Below are positions 42,224-57,714 of a stretch of 64,000 bases of DNA, piece after piece. The position numbers and the translations under genes are program-made. The stretch's first letter is position 1, and every line of letters begins with the position of its first letter. The DNA comes from Octopus vulgaris (taxonomy: Eukaryota): NCBI GenBank assembly GCA_951406725.2, contig OX597816.1, positions 147,436,001 to 147,500,000 on the forward strand, read 5' to 3'. The notes below the pieces were generated by a model. That model was not told the DNA's origin and ran no database searches. It was given only the letters and a program-made list of their open reading frames with translations.

Positions 42224-43539
42224 CCATATATATATATATATATATACAGAGAGAGTGAGAGAGAGAGAGAGATAGTTTGAAATAATGTACATATATTGTA
42301 TATTGAGAATAACATGGTAGCTAATCATATAAATTTTTGTTTATATTTTTAGCGCTTTGTTCTGTTATCAGATTTATAAAAAGCGTGGTGTTATTGATAA
42401 ATCCAAAAAGTGGGCCAAATTAAAAGTTGAGTTTGAAATACAGCTCATCCAAGAAATCTTGCCCAAAATCTCGGAACTTACACACCTGAGTTCTGATAAG
42501 AGTTGTGACAGTTGGAATGAAGGCCAGGATTTGCTCTTGTGGGAGCACAGAACGCCTTCTGGAGTTCTGCTCACCTGCAAAAACAACTAAAACCCGTTTA
42601 CTCTTCACAACACATGAACAAAATCAATAACTCTATCAGTTTTGTGTTCAAATGGGACAGATATGACCTCTCGTACCCTGCAATGACATTCTACAAATGA
42701 GCAATAACATCATCAAAATCTTGAAGCTACAAATATCAGCGGCATCACTTCAAGCAAGAGCATATACTCACGCACCAAAAACAAAAACAGAAACAGACTC
42801 CACCGTCCCCTAATGAATCCTCTACAAATAACGAAGTAAAAACGGTGGAACACAGAGTGACAAGTCGTTGCCAAAGAGGCCCCCAAAAATGCAAAATCTA
42901 TGACACCACTACACGAAACCACTAATGTAGACAAAACACCCAAAATTGTCATACACTTGTACATTGCAGCGAAACTACACCAAGAACATAAAAAAAAAAA
43001 CATTACAAATGCTAAACCTCCCACTGAACTTCCTACAGCAGCAAGAAAATACACAAGTACAATAGCAGCAAGAAAACATATGCAGCAAGAAAACACGCAC
43101 AACAACAATGACGATGACAACAACAAGAAAAGACCACAACAAAATGCATGAAAGAAACAACAAACACAATGAAGCGCAAAAGTAAAAACAGTTAATTTCA
43201 CCGTGAGAAACAAAAACAAAATAGAGTTATGGGGCTTCTCTGAAAAACAACACAAAGAAAAAAACACAAGGAGATGGATTTCAAACTTCAACCCCAAAAC
43301 ATCTAAAGAGAAGGTGCTAATAAAAGCATCATGTTAAATTTATCACATTCTCTTGAACAACTTCTCAGAGAGTGTGGATATTCACAGAAAATCAGTAAAT
43401 AAAACTTTATTACAACGGACATACAAGGGAACCCAGTAAAAAGAATACACACCATCCGTCATTCGAGATTGGAAGTAACGTAGGAGAGTAATCTCTCTAT
43501 TTTTTTCCAATAAATATGGTGAAACTTTGAGTAGGTGGT

Positions 43540-46110
43540 ATGAAATATATATGTGGTCTTGAGTCAGTTTGGAAGCGAGGTCACTTACTTAACTTGACTT
43601 GGATGTAGTAGCCATTACCGAAACCAGAGTTACTGGGATGCACGAATACCGTCCCATGCTTGGTTACTACAAAACATACTAATCTTGTTCTGAAGGGATG
43701 TGTCGGTGAATTAGCAGAGTTTTTCCTTAAAGAATTAGGTTTAGAGGTTTAGACGATCTTCCTGGATCCGGCAGGTAAGTTTATGATACTAGATGTGAGT
43801 GACAATAAAGGTAGTACCTTCAGACTAGCGGCCCTCTATATGCCCACCGAAGTAGAAACGGCCAGATTTCTTTAGATATCCAGAATCCTTACAAAGAACA
43901 TCCCGCCCTTTGGTACTTACTTGAAGGGAACTGGAATGATATTTTGGACAAACGATGAGATTGTATAGGATTAACTCATTGAAGGGGATGCAGAAGCTTA
44001 AAAAAAATGTTCGGACGGGCGTTTCCAACTGTCTGACAGTTACCGGCTTGATTTCCCGAATATGGTAGTTGGAGAATTGTGGCATCTACGATGGGTCTTC
44101 CAGATCGTACTTAGATCGTACTTTGTCGGTTACGGTAACTGACAAAGACAATGTCATGGAATCCACAATTCAGACTGCTCAGCTACACAGATCATAAATT
44201 TATGATCTTTAGTGTAGCCTTAAATAGGACTCATAGACAGGTACCTTGTTACTAAAGTTGAACGCGTATTATCCGAAACGAAAGGACTGCAGATACCGGA
44301 TTAACGAGCTACTAGAGATATTTCACAGGAGCAACAGGCAAAACAGATAGTAGGGAGTCTGGAAGAGGCTAAGTAAATAAGAAACAATAGTATATATCAA
44401 AGAGCAAGGGATAAATAGAAATAAGTTAAGGAAAGGGCTAGTTAATAAACTGGAAGAGGTAAATAGAAGCAACTCCGCGACTAACGTGCCAGCGGTAGGA
44501 GTGGGTTCGAAAATGTTTTCAATGCTAAACACGAAGAATGTTTTTTCAGGACTAGAACTTGTGCGCGAAAACAAGGAGGTTACATCATGGAAGGAATGGT
44601 TAACAAATCTAGCAGCAGTTGAGCTCTTACGAAGCGGGATCAGCGAAATTCCTTTGATAGCGTTGACCATCACGACTTTGAAGCAATCCTAAAAACAGCT
44701 GATTTCGAACACGTTTTCAGTGGCTGCATTGCAGCAATAGACACAGGCGCTTACTCGGTGGTAACAGTAAACGGACACCTTTCAGAAACGTTTTATATAT
44801 CGTGCTCGACCCGTCAGGAGTGCCCTTTCTCCTCTTGTATATGTTCAGGCGCTCAAGATCTTGCTGTGGAAGGTAAAACTCTTGAGGGGCATCTCTTTCA
44901 TGCTGGGATGCCGGAGACCTGTGTCGGCGTATGCGGATGACATCGCAGTGACCTGAAGTTCAGGTTGTCGATTCTATTTTAAAGTAAATGTGATGGCTGG
45001 AGCTAATATAAATCCTAACAAGACAGACGGCAGACTTGCGACTTGGCAACTGGAGAGGCCGCTGAACAGTATAATAAATCGATGGGTAGAGAGACCGGTG
45101 AAATTATTCGATGTCTGGTTTGGTCCAAACCTCCAGGTAGACAAAAACTGGGTTGAGGTTCCAAGCAAGGTGGCAAGTCTGAATCAAAAACGGACGGAGA
45201 GGTAATTATCTATGAAAGGGCGATCAAAAAGGTGGCGATTACTCACCTCGTTTCCTTAACAACTTGCTCCAATCCACATTTGGCTGGACTTGAGCTTTTA
45301 CTTTACCGCTTCCAGTGGAAAGCACGAGTTTCATTAGTCAGGCGGTCTATCTGTTAACAAGGCCGGTTTGTCATGCCATGACTGCTAATGCGCAGACACG
45401 ATAGCTCTCCCGGCTGGAGATAAATTCTACAGGCTCAAAAGAGCTGTCAGGCGAGACTGAGATGTGAGCAGAGCCGCAAGACAGTTCTGCACTCACTCAT
45501 GTAGTGCCCGAGTATTACTGACTTATGGATATACGTGAAAGAGTTGTTATAGCGTGAGGGACGACTCCAAATATCGGCGGAATTGTTCATGATGAATGCC
45601 CCACCTCCCACTTTTAACAGGTAGTGTTCTTCTGTCTAGTGTCTATGGCGAAAGATATCGTATGTTGGGCGAGGCTTAAATGATTCGGAAAGACACCTCC
45701 TTTTTCAGTCAAACATTCACATTTTAAATTCTATTTGGAAAGGAAACAGAGGGAGGAAAAAAACTTGCTACCGCTCAGTGAATTTGTGAAATATGGGTGA
45801 CTGTAGAAAACATATTTAGACCGAATTTCCCTGCTCTAAGTAAGCGCATGTCGAGCGGAGGGCATGTGAGGTGGATCTTGCCTTCGGTGTGCAGGATAAT
45901 TCCCGAATCTCTGAGCTTCCTTGATTGACCCTAACTGGAGTTTTGCCAGTATTAAGTGAACAGCATCATTCATATTATCACATATCTTGTATGCTATGTA
46001 TACTTTTATCGCATTTTTTATTCCCCCACTTCCTTTATGTAAATCCTCACACAAATTCTTGCCACTCTTCGTGATGTCCCCGTCATCTATGTCCGTTTGG
46101 CTGATAAAAT
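43540..46110 (+). mobile_element. Heavily decayed L1/Tx1-like LINE (APE + RT remnants)
   Basis: LDVVAITETRV, FRLAALY, SYLDR, YTDHK (APE); VTVNGHLSETFYISCSTRQECPFS and SAYADD (RT domains of the L1/Tx1 RQGCPLS type). 42350-43540 may be its ORF1. Confidence 0.7.
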
Positions 46111-46399
46111 AGTATTATTACTAGTACTAGTAGTCGTAATAGGGGGAGGAGGTATGCGCAATGTCGCTATAATTATTAATGACGTTCTTCTTGTAATAAC
46201 AGTTATTTGGAAGGGACTCAATGATTCTATAAATGGATTTACTTGAAGAAATAACTGAAAAAAACATCACAAATGAAAATAAATACATCCCAATTTATAT
46301 CGGCATTAGTAAAAATAAAATTAAATGCGAATAATAAAACAACGTAGGGTCTCTTAACTGAATATATATATATATATATACATATGCATATATATATAC

Positions 46400-46524
<125 letters not shown>

Positions 46525-46939
46525 GTGTGGAAATGAGAGATATTCAATAAGCGTAAGAGGAAAATAATATTCTGGTATAAAATGAAAACGAAATTATTGA
46601 AAGCGATATGTTGCATCAAAACATCTAATAACACTTCACTAAATTTCGTGAATGCATCTTGGCACACAGTTACGTACACTATGTGTCTGTCATATAGTTG
46701 TGGAATTGTGTGGGTACAACTGCTCATATAGATATGCACATACATGTACAGATGTGCAGATATGTATGTATATATGTATGAATGTATGTGAGTGTGTGTG
46801 TGAGTGTATGTATGTATGTACTGGCAGATGTTCTGTTTCACCGCCTAAACGATATATGCCAATTTATAGAACCCTTTTTTCGCCGCATACGTCATCCAGT
46901 ACAGTATTGCCTGCTTGAATTATTTATAATCAAATATCG

Positions 46940-47028
<89 letters not shown>

Positions 47029-47204
47029 TGTGTATGTATATATATGTAGATAGATAGATACATGAATATATACATATATATATACATACATGCATACGCA
47101 CACATACATACATACATGCATTTATATACACACACACAAACACACATATATTTATATATATATATATGCATACATGTATGTATATACAGTTACACACACA
47201 TACA

Positions 47205-47273
<69 letters not shown>

Positions 47274-48342
47274 ATGTATGTATACATGTATGTGAGCCTG
47301 TGTGTTTATATGCATCTGCATATCTACATACATGAGGATTATATTTTTTCACGTATTTTTTTTTAAAAGTACATTCCACTTTGTGTTGCAAATGTAACAA
47401 AATGTTGCCTACTATACAGAAATGGGTTGAAATAGGAGAATTACGAACATGAATAAAAACACATGAAATTTCATGGAAAATGGCAGAGGAAAACTTATTG
47501 ATTTTTATCTCTTTATATTTTATGAGCAAAATTCTGTTCTAGAAATGCAGACAAGTTATTTCATAAGTTGTAATTTCAAAATAGAAAATGGGAAATAACA
47601 CATGTGCGTAGCGTATCTTAGAAACCATATCAATCCGATAAGCTAGACAAAAAAAATTAAATGATATTGAATAATTTTAGGGGGTTAGTTGACGAATTAA
47701 GTGTGAATTGTTGTGATTTTTTTGTAGGTGTACAGAATGGGGAAGAATATTCTTATAAATTATTCTGAAATGAATAAATGCTAACGATATATTGAAGTGA
47801 AAGGAAATATATTCTCTCAATGAGCATTTGAATTTGCAGACAAATTTAGGAACGCGAAATAAGTGAAGGTGAAGGTAACAAATAAATGTAACAATATATA
47901 CATACACATATATACTCAGATATAATGCATTCAGGAATATGAGAGTAATCAAAACTACGTATGAAAACAAATGCATTCACTCTCCAATACATATTACCAC
48001 ACATGCGCAGTTATGCATATCCATATATGTATGCATACATCACATACATACGCACGCACAAACCTCAAACACACAAACACGCATACATACACACACACAT
48101 ACAAAACGGAGGAAATGTATCAAGAACTTTATTGAGAACAAAAGTGAGAAAATATTTGTATTTCTATGAAAATAGGCAACCGGTCCCACCCTCTCTGTTT
48201 AAGACGATTTCGTAATGCAGAAAGTGAAAGGAAAATGGATTTTAGATTAATTTGTCTGATTTCGCTTCTGGAATTTTATTTTTTCTTACAAAATTCACAT
48301 TTTGCTTTAGTTGGTTTCCCTCTGATATCCTGCTGGGTTTTC

Positions 48343-48404
<62 letters not shown>

Positions 48405-48433
48405 TGTAGCAGCAGCAGCAGTATTAGTAGTAA

Positions 48434-48463
<30 letters not shown>
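48343..48463. repeat. (GTA)n/(GCA)n trinucleotide repeat
   Basis: Directly visible. Confidence 0.95.
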
Positions 48464-48464
<1 letters not shown>

Positions 48465-48470
48465 TTTATG

Positions 48471-48858
48471 AGAAACGTTAGCACGCCGAGCGAAATGCTC
48501 AGCAATATTTCGTCTGTCGCTACGTTCTGAGTTCAAATTCCGCCGAGGTCGACTTTGCCTTTCATCCTTCCGGGGTCGATAATTAAGGACCAGTTACGCA
48601 ATGGGGTCGATGTAATCGACTTAATCCGTTTGTCTGTCCTTGTTTGTCCTCTCTGTGTTTAGCCGCTTGTGGGTAGTAAAGAAATAGGTATTTCGTCTGT
48701 CCTTACGTTCTGAGTTCAAATTCAGCCGAGGTTGACTTTGCTTTTCATCCTTTCGGAGTTTATAAATTAAGTACCAGATGCGCACTGGGGTCGATCTAAT
48801 CGACTGGGCCCCCTCACCAAAAATTTCAGGTCATATGCCTCAAGTAGAAAAGAATATT
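48471..48858 (+). mobile_element. Family C SINE, dimeric copy
   Basis: Body occurs twice (48471-48686 and 48687-48858), the first with the 41997-type tail and the second with the 25541-type tail. Confidence 0.85.
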
Positions 48859-49189
48859 CTTCTTTCAAACTGGGAATCTTGATATCAATAGGTGACTAAT
48901 AGTAGAAGTAGCAGCAATAGCAATGTCACGTCAAGTAGTTACTGTATCACTCTAACTAGTAGGGACATTAGTAGTCACATAAACACTAGTGGTAGTTCTA
49001 ATGATGGGGAAAATTGTCGTAGACATATGTGAATTGGAGTGGTTTGAACCTTTCTTTCAATAGTAAAGGTGGGACTGTTGGCCGTAATAACACAAATAAC
49101 AGAAGTAGTGGAAATTGTAGTGTTAATAACAACAGCAGTAACAGAACTAGTTTTAGTGGTTGTAGTTCCTTGTCTTCTACATTGGTTTA

Positions 49190-50000
49190 GTTGTCGATAT
49201 TTGGTCATTTAAGTCGTTTCCTTGATGTTGGACGATCGTAAAATTTGGTTGGTTTTTACAAGGGGCAATGTGTATATATGTTCACTTAGTCTTATTCACA
49301 TCTACCCATGTTTTAGTTCGTGGTATATGCACACACATGCGTTGGATTTAGAGCTCCTCGATTGGTCCTATATAGTTCTCTCCACATTTTCGCAGTTAAT
49401 TGCTTATTTTGGCTTATCAAATTTACATGTGAAGATTGATTTTATTGTAAGCAAGTTGTCCTTGCTTAAAATACGCATCATATGACCTTTCTGAAATGCA
49501 TAAACATACACCACAGTTGTATGTTGAATTTATAAGACATTTTTCCTGTTGTTATTGCTTTAAAATTGGATATTGTTAGTATGATTTCATTCATTAGGGA
49601 TACTTTTGGTTTTTGTGATGGTATATGTTATTAAGATTTTGTCTAACCTAGTGCCCTTTATCAGTGCCGGTGTGTTCTGAAATAAATTCTAAAAAGTGTA
49701 TTTTTTTTAACTGCAGGTGAAAATGAACGGTAAATTTTTTGGTTTCTATATTTTTGTCGTGGTTGTCTTATTTCCTGGATATCATATAATGGCTCGTATT
49801 TTTTTATATTCCAATATCGATTAAGGATGGTGGATAATTTCTGTCTAGAGGTGCATACTGAAGTTTTTGAAGTCTTATGTTATGGATGTTTTTATCAGAT
49901 AAAATTGTGAAGATAATTCTGGATAGATTATAGGGGATACTTGCTCTTTAGAAAGGTCATTGTAACTTCCATCCAACTGTCTTTTCTTTTCTTTCGCCTA
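49190..50000 (-). mobile_element. Penelope-like remnant (GIY-YIG), decayed
   Basis: Minus, with a frameshift: SIFTC...AINCE.CGENYIG...QRMCVH, the C..C...YIG...R...H signature. Confidence 0.55.
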
Positions 50001-50242
50001 TTTTAATATATATTTAATTCCCCAGGATTCTTTCATTGAATTCTTTTACTAATCTAACACCTGCCAACTCTATCCAATTTCCCCTTATCGAAACTTAACG
50101 TTTTACGCACTTCCCCCTTCTTTTTTCCTTTCATTTCCGTCTTCTTCTTTTTTTATGGCTTATTTTCCTTTTATCTCATCTGGTCTCAACCATCACAGCC
50201 TTCGAGAGCATTGCAAACATAATACATACTACATACATAACC

Positions 50243-50273
<31 letters not shown>

Positions 50274-50353
50274 ATGCTCTGTTAACATACACATATATAA
50301 ATATATATGCATACATATTTTCTTATATATATGTATATATATATATATACATT

Positions 50354-50385
<32 letters not shown>

Positions 50386-50499
50386 AGTGTACATACATGT
50401 AGACACACATATATATGCATTTACAGTTGTATACACTCACTTGTATAACACATACGCACAAACACATTCACATTCAATTGAACATACGCTAACACCTAT

Positions 50500-51400
50500 A
50501 CAAATGTATTAAATTCTTCAAGTCCTGTGCTCACGTACTTTATGCCCCTTAATTTGGATTTTATTTTATTTTGCAAGGTATTCGATTATATAAGTAATTC
50601 CACGTTCCAAATTTGTGTATGATAGTAAGCCTCCGAGAAATTCCTTATTTGGCCTGCCTCATGAAGTGGAATAGCACTAACAGACATTAACGTCATACGT
50701 GAGAATTTTCACTTGTCGTATTATCCTTACATGTCATTATCAATATCATTAATTTTGTGTAACAGCACTTCTTTTCAGACATATTGGTGCATATATATTC
50801 ACGTCGTAGTCTCAAACAACTTGAAATAATCTGTTGTCCTTCGTCAAGTCAACTGGTGAGTAACGTTTGAATTAAGATGATTTATAAGATGCACTGTTGA
50901 CTTGATTTCTTGTTAATCATATTGTCGTGCACTTAATATTACGAATATTGTATTTCTATGTTCAGTAAATCTCCAATGTACTAGGTTGTCTGAGTTTTTA
51001 CAAATATTCAAACGATGAAATGATCAGATACACAATAGTTCTGGTATTTTTATTCGGTACACCTGTTTTTCTACTGGGGATTTTTGGCCATCAGAGATAC
51101 ATGTTCAATGAGATCAATGTAAATGTCCTCGTTATGTAGCCTACATAGGATTTACAACGTTTTCACTCGAATCTACAGAGAATAGCCTGTCTAGATAGTT
51201 AATATATGCAATGTATAACATCGCATCTAACCAATCATGGGGGATTACACTTGTTGCAGCCTTCTATCACTCATTGTCCAGGAATCTGATTGCAGATCAT
51301 CATAAATCGAACGACACATTGAAATCGAACAAATATAGGGGACCATCACTCAAAGAATGATTACTGTCAGATGTGATTTTGTGAAGGGTATTGGGTTTTG
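50500..51400 (-). mobile_element. Possible Penelope-like remnant
   Basis: Minus RCKSYVGYITRTF resembles the C.K.YVG.T.R motif; otherwise highly decayed. Confidence 0.35.
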
Positions 51401-51494
51401 TGTATCATCGTTGCCTATATATTTATCTACATATATCTATACATACCTACTCATGAATCTCTCTATCAATCTATCTATATGTCTGCCTGTCTAA

Positions 51495-51558
<64 letters not shown>

Positions 51559-52540
51559 ATGTCTGTCTATCGAATTAGAATTTATAGCTAGCTGCTTATC
51601 CACATAACCACATATCAAAATGTCTGTGTAACAATCTGCGTATGCATCTATCTATTTGACTTTCGGTCGATGATTAAATGTTTCGCATTCCTATATCTTC
51701 ATTGGTCAGTATGAATGCTTATCTATCTTCGTCACTTCATTTTCCATTGCAGTTTAACATAAAAAATTGAATCTGCACCAAAATGATATTATTTATCTGT
51801 AATAACTATTAGAATACTTTTTATAGTTTCTGATTTTCTAGTGGCAGTTTCTCTTACTGCTACAAACCAGAATTCAGCAACAACATTACGCTTACAATAT
51901 AAACATGTCACTTGAGATATGGCATGTGTGTGTGCGTATATATGTGTGTATGCGTGCGTGTGTGCATTCGTGTGTATGTATATGCATGTACACGTGTGTG
52001 TGTGTTTATATCTATGCAAGTGTGTGAAAGATTCTGCTTAAGCATCCGCTGCACTTCATAATTTAAAATACAGGATTACTTACACAGCATTTGTTTATGC
52101 ATGATTGTCTTAGTTTGATTAGCCGCAGGTTAATACGCGAGAATTTCATACTTAAGCACGTATTTATAATCAATGCCCATTCACATGAACACTCAAAAAA
52201 GCATATATTTATCTGTACATCTATCTATCAGTATTGATATATGTGTGTGAGTGTGTGTGTATGTGTGAGTGCGTGTGTGTGTGTGTGTGAGTGTGTGTGT
52301 GTGTGAGTGTGTGTGTGTGTCTGTCTGTTGTATTGTTACGTATGTATGTATGTGTGTATGTATGCATATCTCTACGTGAGTATTTATGTTTGTATATATG
52401 CATTTATGTATGCATGCATGTATGAATGGATGCATGTATGTATGCATGTATGTATGCATGAATGTATGTATGCGTATATATATGTATGTATGCAAGCATA
52501 TATATATGTATAAATTGATATATACATACAATTATTTATA

Positions 52541-52585
<45 letters not shown>

Positions 52586-52684
52586 GCACACACACATACA
52601 TGTTTGCATATGTGTATGTATACATACTTACATATATGTGTGTGTGTGTATATATAAATATATATAGGCATGCATTCACGCATG

Positions 52685-52718
<34 letters not shown>

Positions 52719-53749
52719 TATGTCTATATTGTGGCTTAACCATCACTCGGAAGAGTGTATGACGCGGAAAATTGCAGCATGTAGCTATGTGTATATTCGT
52801 CGGTAGACATAGGTGCCCTTCGGCTCTCTCGCTGTTGCTTTTCATTGGTGTTGGACAGCAGGTTGAGAAGATGCATGACTAATCTAGAAGTTGTCTGGTC
52901 ATCGAGCCTATGACCTCTTGCCAAAGAGACTGTCTAACTACCCTACAAGCCCCACGCGTTCACACATGTGTAAATAAGTGTGTTTGTGTGTCTGTGTGTT
53001 ACATTGTCTGTAAACTTGTTGAAACTATTGCTCTTTGTTTCAATGAATGCTTACAGAATTATTTGTGAGAATGATATTCGAGGCAACCGAAAGAACAGTC
53101 AAACTCAAATGTTGTTGTACAAACTTGCTACCTAACGTCGTATCCAAATTAAATATATGATTATTCACGCAAACTCCAGTTTTAAGATTAACCTCCGTGA
53201 TATAATCTCCTTCGTACATTAATCCTCAGTCCCTACAAGATTAATATTCTCTTAAAAATCAAGTCCATTTATGGGGAATACAGTTAAAGGATAATATTCA
53301 CAATAATCTATTTAAAAAGTAATACATTGCTAACTTCCATATATAAAGGATATTCCAACTCACTCGTTATCACAGTCGACAAAAGCAGGATGCACACAGT
53401 ATGTTGACGATTTACAATAATTTGAAAACTTTTTTTTTTTACATCGATTGGCTTCGATGCTGAAGTTGCCTTTTCGAACGCAAACCGCTTGCTTAATCGA
53501 TAATAAAATAGTGAGACCCTTGGAAATTCCACAGAACGAAAAAGATTAAGAGAAGCTATTTAAGAAAGAAAAGGTGATTTCCACTTTTATTTATTAATTA
53601 TTTTTTTTTATAGGTTATTTCACTTCCAGTCGAACTAATATATAACATGATTTAGAAATCTGCCTCTACTAAGCACTTTATATTTCTTTCTTTCTCTCTA
53701 CCTCTTCAACAAACGTTTTGACCATGCATCAGGCTGTATCAGTAAAAGT

Positions 53750-54820
53750 AAACAACGTTTTAAAACATGAAATTCATCACAATATATTTTAACAGTGCGG
53801 AAATTTTATTCATCAATGTAAGTACCATTACAATCAACAAATTTTTGCCAATGAGTTACAGCTTTGTTTATGCCGGTATCATAAAAATCTAGAGTTCTAA
53901 AGCTGATGAACTCTTTGAAGGCAATTTAAGCATCGGTATAAACTCCTTTCGCAGGAAACCATGAAGGTGCTTGAAAAAGTGGTAGTCGGTAGGAGAAAGG
54001 TCTGGGGAAGAACTTCATAGCTAAGTTCCCTCACTTCTGGAACGTTATTAGTGAAACGTGTGGTCTCTTCTATTGACCTGTCTGTGACGAAGGAATAGCA
54101 GTTTTTCGTTCATTTTGGCAGTTTCATGGCAATGTTTCTGCAGTATTGGTGTATCTGGGTTTTAAGAAGTTATAGTGGATGACTTCATCAGTACACCATC
54201 AAGCAGACACCATAACCTTCTTTTTGAAAAGCTCGGATTTAAGGGAGGTTTGCGATGCTTCATTTTGGTGCATATATAATACTGTAAAGAATCCATATCT
54301 CATCGCAAGTTACAATACAGTCGAGAAATGAATTGGTCTGGTTACGAAAAAGCGACGAGCAAATTTCATATGTACGCATTTTCTGATTTTCATTCAAATC
54401 ATTCATTGTCGAGCTTTGTTGATTTTCCGATCACATGCAAATCGTTGCAGGCAAGTTTCGGGCTAGCCTGAAGTACTTTTGACAGTTCTCGAGTGGTTTT
54501 ACGTGGATCTTTCTCAATGAAGGTCTTTAATTGACCATCATTGATGATTGATGGGCGTCCACTACGCTCACGAGCTTCAAGGGTCAGTTCTCCACTGAGA
54601 ACTGGTTTAAATCATTTTCGAGCTGACCACTCACTGCTCATTTCCATACTAAACGTTTCATTGATATCGAGAGCAGTTTCAACTGTTTTACGTTATTGAT
54701 GTATTTGGGCAAGTGTATGCTTGAATTATCAGACAATTGCCAAAAAAAAAGGGGGGTTAAAATTGATTCAAAACTCTGCAAATATTTCATGGTTCAAAAC
54801 GTTGCATACTTTTTACTCAA
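53750..54820 (-). pseudogene. Mariner transposase, decayed
   Basis: Minus motifs SERSGRP, KDPRKTTREL, KKVMVSA, PDLSPTDYHFFKHL, FYDTGINK. Confidence 0.85.
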
Positions 54821-55165
54821 TCTGATAATTTTTCTCTTCATTTTAAAAACATTTCCCAGTTTCTCTTCACCTCTCACATCCACTAGTCACGTGGGAGACA
54901 GTATAATGCATCAGCTGACTATCTACTCTGTAACTCACTCACACATGCCCTCTCACTCTACCTCCACCTCCTTCTCTCTAACAAATTAAAGCGTGAACGA
55001 ATAGGTAGAAGAATAATATAGATTTCGTTGAATACTTTTTCACTATCAACATATCATCATCGTCGTCATAATTATAGATTTCGGTAACAAAGCACATTTC
55101 ATTTCAGTTCAGCAGTTAATTTATATATACTATTTATTGTTCTCTATGTATCTCTTCGAAGACAA

Positions 55166-55226
<61 letters not shown>

Positions 55227-55564
55227 ACCCTTTTCGCTCTCTCTTACTCGCTCTCTCTTTCTCGTTCTCTCTCTTTCTCTCTCCCTTTCTTTTTCTCTCT
55301 CTTGCTGTAACTGCATCCCCTATCTATCGTTATCTATTTTTCTTTAACCTCACCACCAGTACATAATCCTCTGCTAAATATCGTACCCTAAACATATCTC
55401 TCTTTACCTTTCACACCTCGCAATACAAGGTCGTCAACACAACTCTTTCTCTCTTTTCTTTTATCGTCCTTTTCTCTCGCTCTTCGCCTCTCCCTTCAAA
55501 TAACCACATAATGCATTTGACCTTAGTGTGTTATTATACTCCTCTCTTCTTTCTTTTCACATTC

Positions 55565-55630
<66 letters not shown>

Positions 55631-56668
55631 TTACCCCACCTCACAATCGTTCCACGTTCACCTCTCTAACTAAACTATAACGGGCGAACTAACAAGCACG
55701 TTATTATATGGATATTATTCAGGAGTAGAAGAGGACAAGGAAACGAAAAGGTTTGGATAATTATATATCACCGTGGATAAAGAAATACGATACAGAGGTT
55801 GAATTTTCATAAATGTACCGTGCGATAATATTCAAGCTTTGCAAAGGAAATTGATAAATTGAAGAGAATGAAAGGGCCTGCAAAACCAACGTGCTTCTAT
55901 TGGAATTTTGGAAAATAGTTTTACTAGAATAAACACATGCCTAGATGTGTTTATTTCTGTTGTTCTTGTTCATTTTCTACATTTCTCTCTAAAATATTCG
56001 GAGAAATATTCCCCAAAGTACCTAGCATTTGACTTTAGAACCAAGTATCATACTTTACCAGATAGCCAATTTGATGTCAAATACAACATGATCCATGATT
56101 TCCTTAGATTAATTTAGAATAAGGTTTTGTAAAAGAATCATTTATATGCGATTTCTACATTGATATTAAATGGGAATAAACTTTAGCAAAATCCAAGTTA
56201 AGGTATTAAAATTATAACTGAAATAAAAATAAACGACTCAATATTTAACCGAGACGTTGAATGTTCTACATGGCTCAGTGACTGAAACATTTTGCTCCGT
56301 TAACTGATTAAGAAACAAGGGCAATGTCGATACAGACCAAGCAAAGACGTGAATAATTATTGCTCAACGTTGATATGGATCTTCTAATATTCATTTTCCT
56401 TTTTATAAACTTATAAGAAATGTGATATTTACATGGAAACTAAAATGATATTTGATTATTGGAGAATAAAGAGCATAGATTTCCTTTCAAAGAGTGTCTT
56501 TTCTATAGTTTTATGTACACAGCTCTCCATATCAATTTCCACCTCTCCTATTCTACTTATACATACAACCACACACACACAGATAAATAGATGTTTAGAT
56601 ACATACATACATACATACATACATACATACATACATACATACATACATACATACATACATACATACCC

Positions 56669-57000
56669 TATTGTTGGTGCTGAAATTCCAATGAAGGAGA
56701 CTTGGATCCAGGTTAGAAAGCGGTTCTTCCTCTATTCGCAAGAAATATTGAAATAAACTAAATAATGACACACATACCAACACATACATACATACATACA
56801 TGCATACATACATGCATGTATGCATACATACATACAAGCATGCATACATGCATGCATACATACATGCATACATACAAAAATGCATATATACAAAAACAAC
56901 ATATTGGTGATGCTGAAAGTCCAGCGAAGGAGACTTGGAACTAGGTTTTCTCTTACTGGCAAGAAATCTTGAAATAAACTGAATAATGACATACATACCT
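56669..57000 (+). repeat. Two diverged copies of a ~100 bp retroposon-3'-like unit, each followed by (CATA)n
   Basis: tgctgaaa.tcca..gaaggagacttgga...gcaagaaat.ttgaaataaact.aataatgaca at 56669-56778 and 56902-56998. Confidence 0.7.
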
Positions 57001-57039
57001 ATATACACACATATATGAATACCTACATACATATATACA

Positions 57040-57208
57040 TTGGTGTGTGCGAGGCTGAGCGGTAAGATGTTTCCTTCCTAAATATTTAATTCTGTGTTCA
57101 GTCCTTTTGTTTGGCACAATGGTTAAATCTTTTACAGCTATAGCATTGGGGCCTTGGACCGACCAAAACTGTTGGTGCATTCCGTTGACGGAAACTTAAA
57201 TATATATG

Positions 57209-57255
<47 letters not shown>

Positions 57256-57355
57256 GCGTGTGCGTGTGCGTGTGCGTGTGCGCGTGCGTGTGTCTACGTT
57301 TCCGCATTTGTCACTCTCTATCGTTAGACAGCCGAAATGTTTCCACGTTTCCTGT
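57040..57355 (+). mobile_element. Family B SINE, degenerate
   Basis: ggctgagcggtaag...gttcagtcc...ctatagc...gaccgaccaaa...gacggaaact, then a TG tract. Confidence 0.55.
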
Positions 57356-57666
57356 GAAGGTGATGAGATACTTTGTCTACTTTGACTGGTTTGGGGAGAA
57401 TGTTACATAGAGCAGGACCTGCTGAGGACAATATATTGTGTAATAGTGAATTTATATGTTGTGATCTTGATCTGTGTAAGGAACGTAAGGCATGTGGCCC
57501 TAGTCATGGATAAATTTTGAATCTAATGTTCATGATGTCGTTTGGACAATGCTAGTAGTATTTCTTCCACATTGTGCAAATTATATAGCGTTTACAGCGG
57601 CGTTGGAGAGAATAGAATTTTCATATATATAAATGGCTAAGCAATAGATAACCATTTTCTCAAACC

Positions 57667-57714
57667 GTCTCCGATGAAGGGATATATAAAATATCCCGGA
57701 AACAGCTGTAACAC
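57667..57714 (+). ncRNA. Putative minimal type I hammerhead ribozyme (PLE-type)
   Basis: gtct CCGATGA a GGGATAT ataaa ATATCCC g GAAA CAGCTG TA acac: 7-bp stem II, palindromic CAGCTG, GUA triplet; stem I has one mismatch. Degenerate relative at 2629-2695. Confidence 0.6.

Noticed and set aside
48166-48536. Poly-Val/Ser/Thr/Leu ORFs
   Set aside because: Translations of the (GTA)n repeat.
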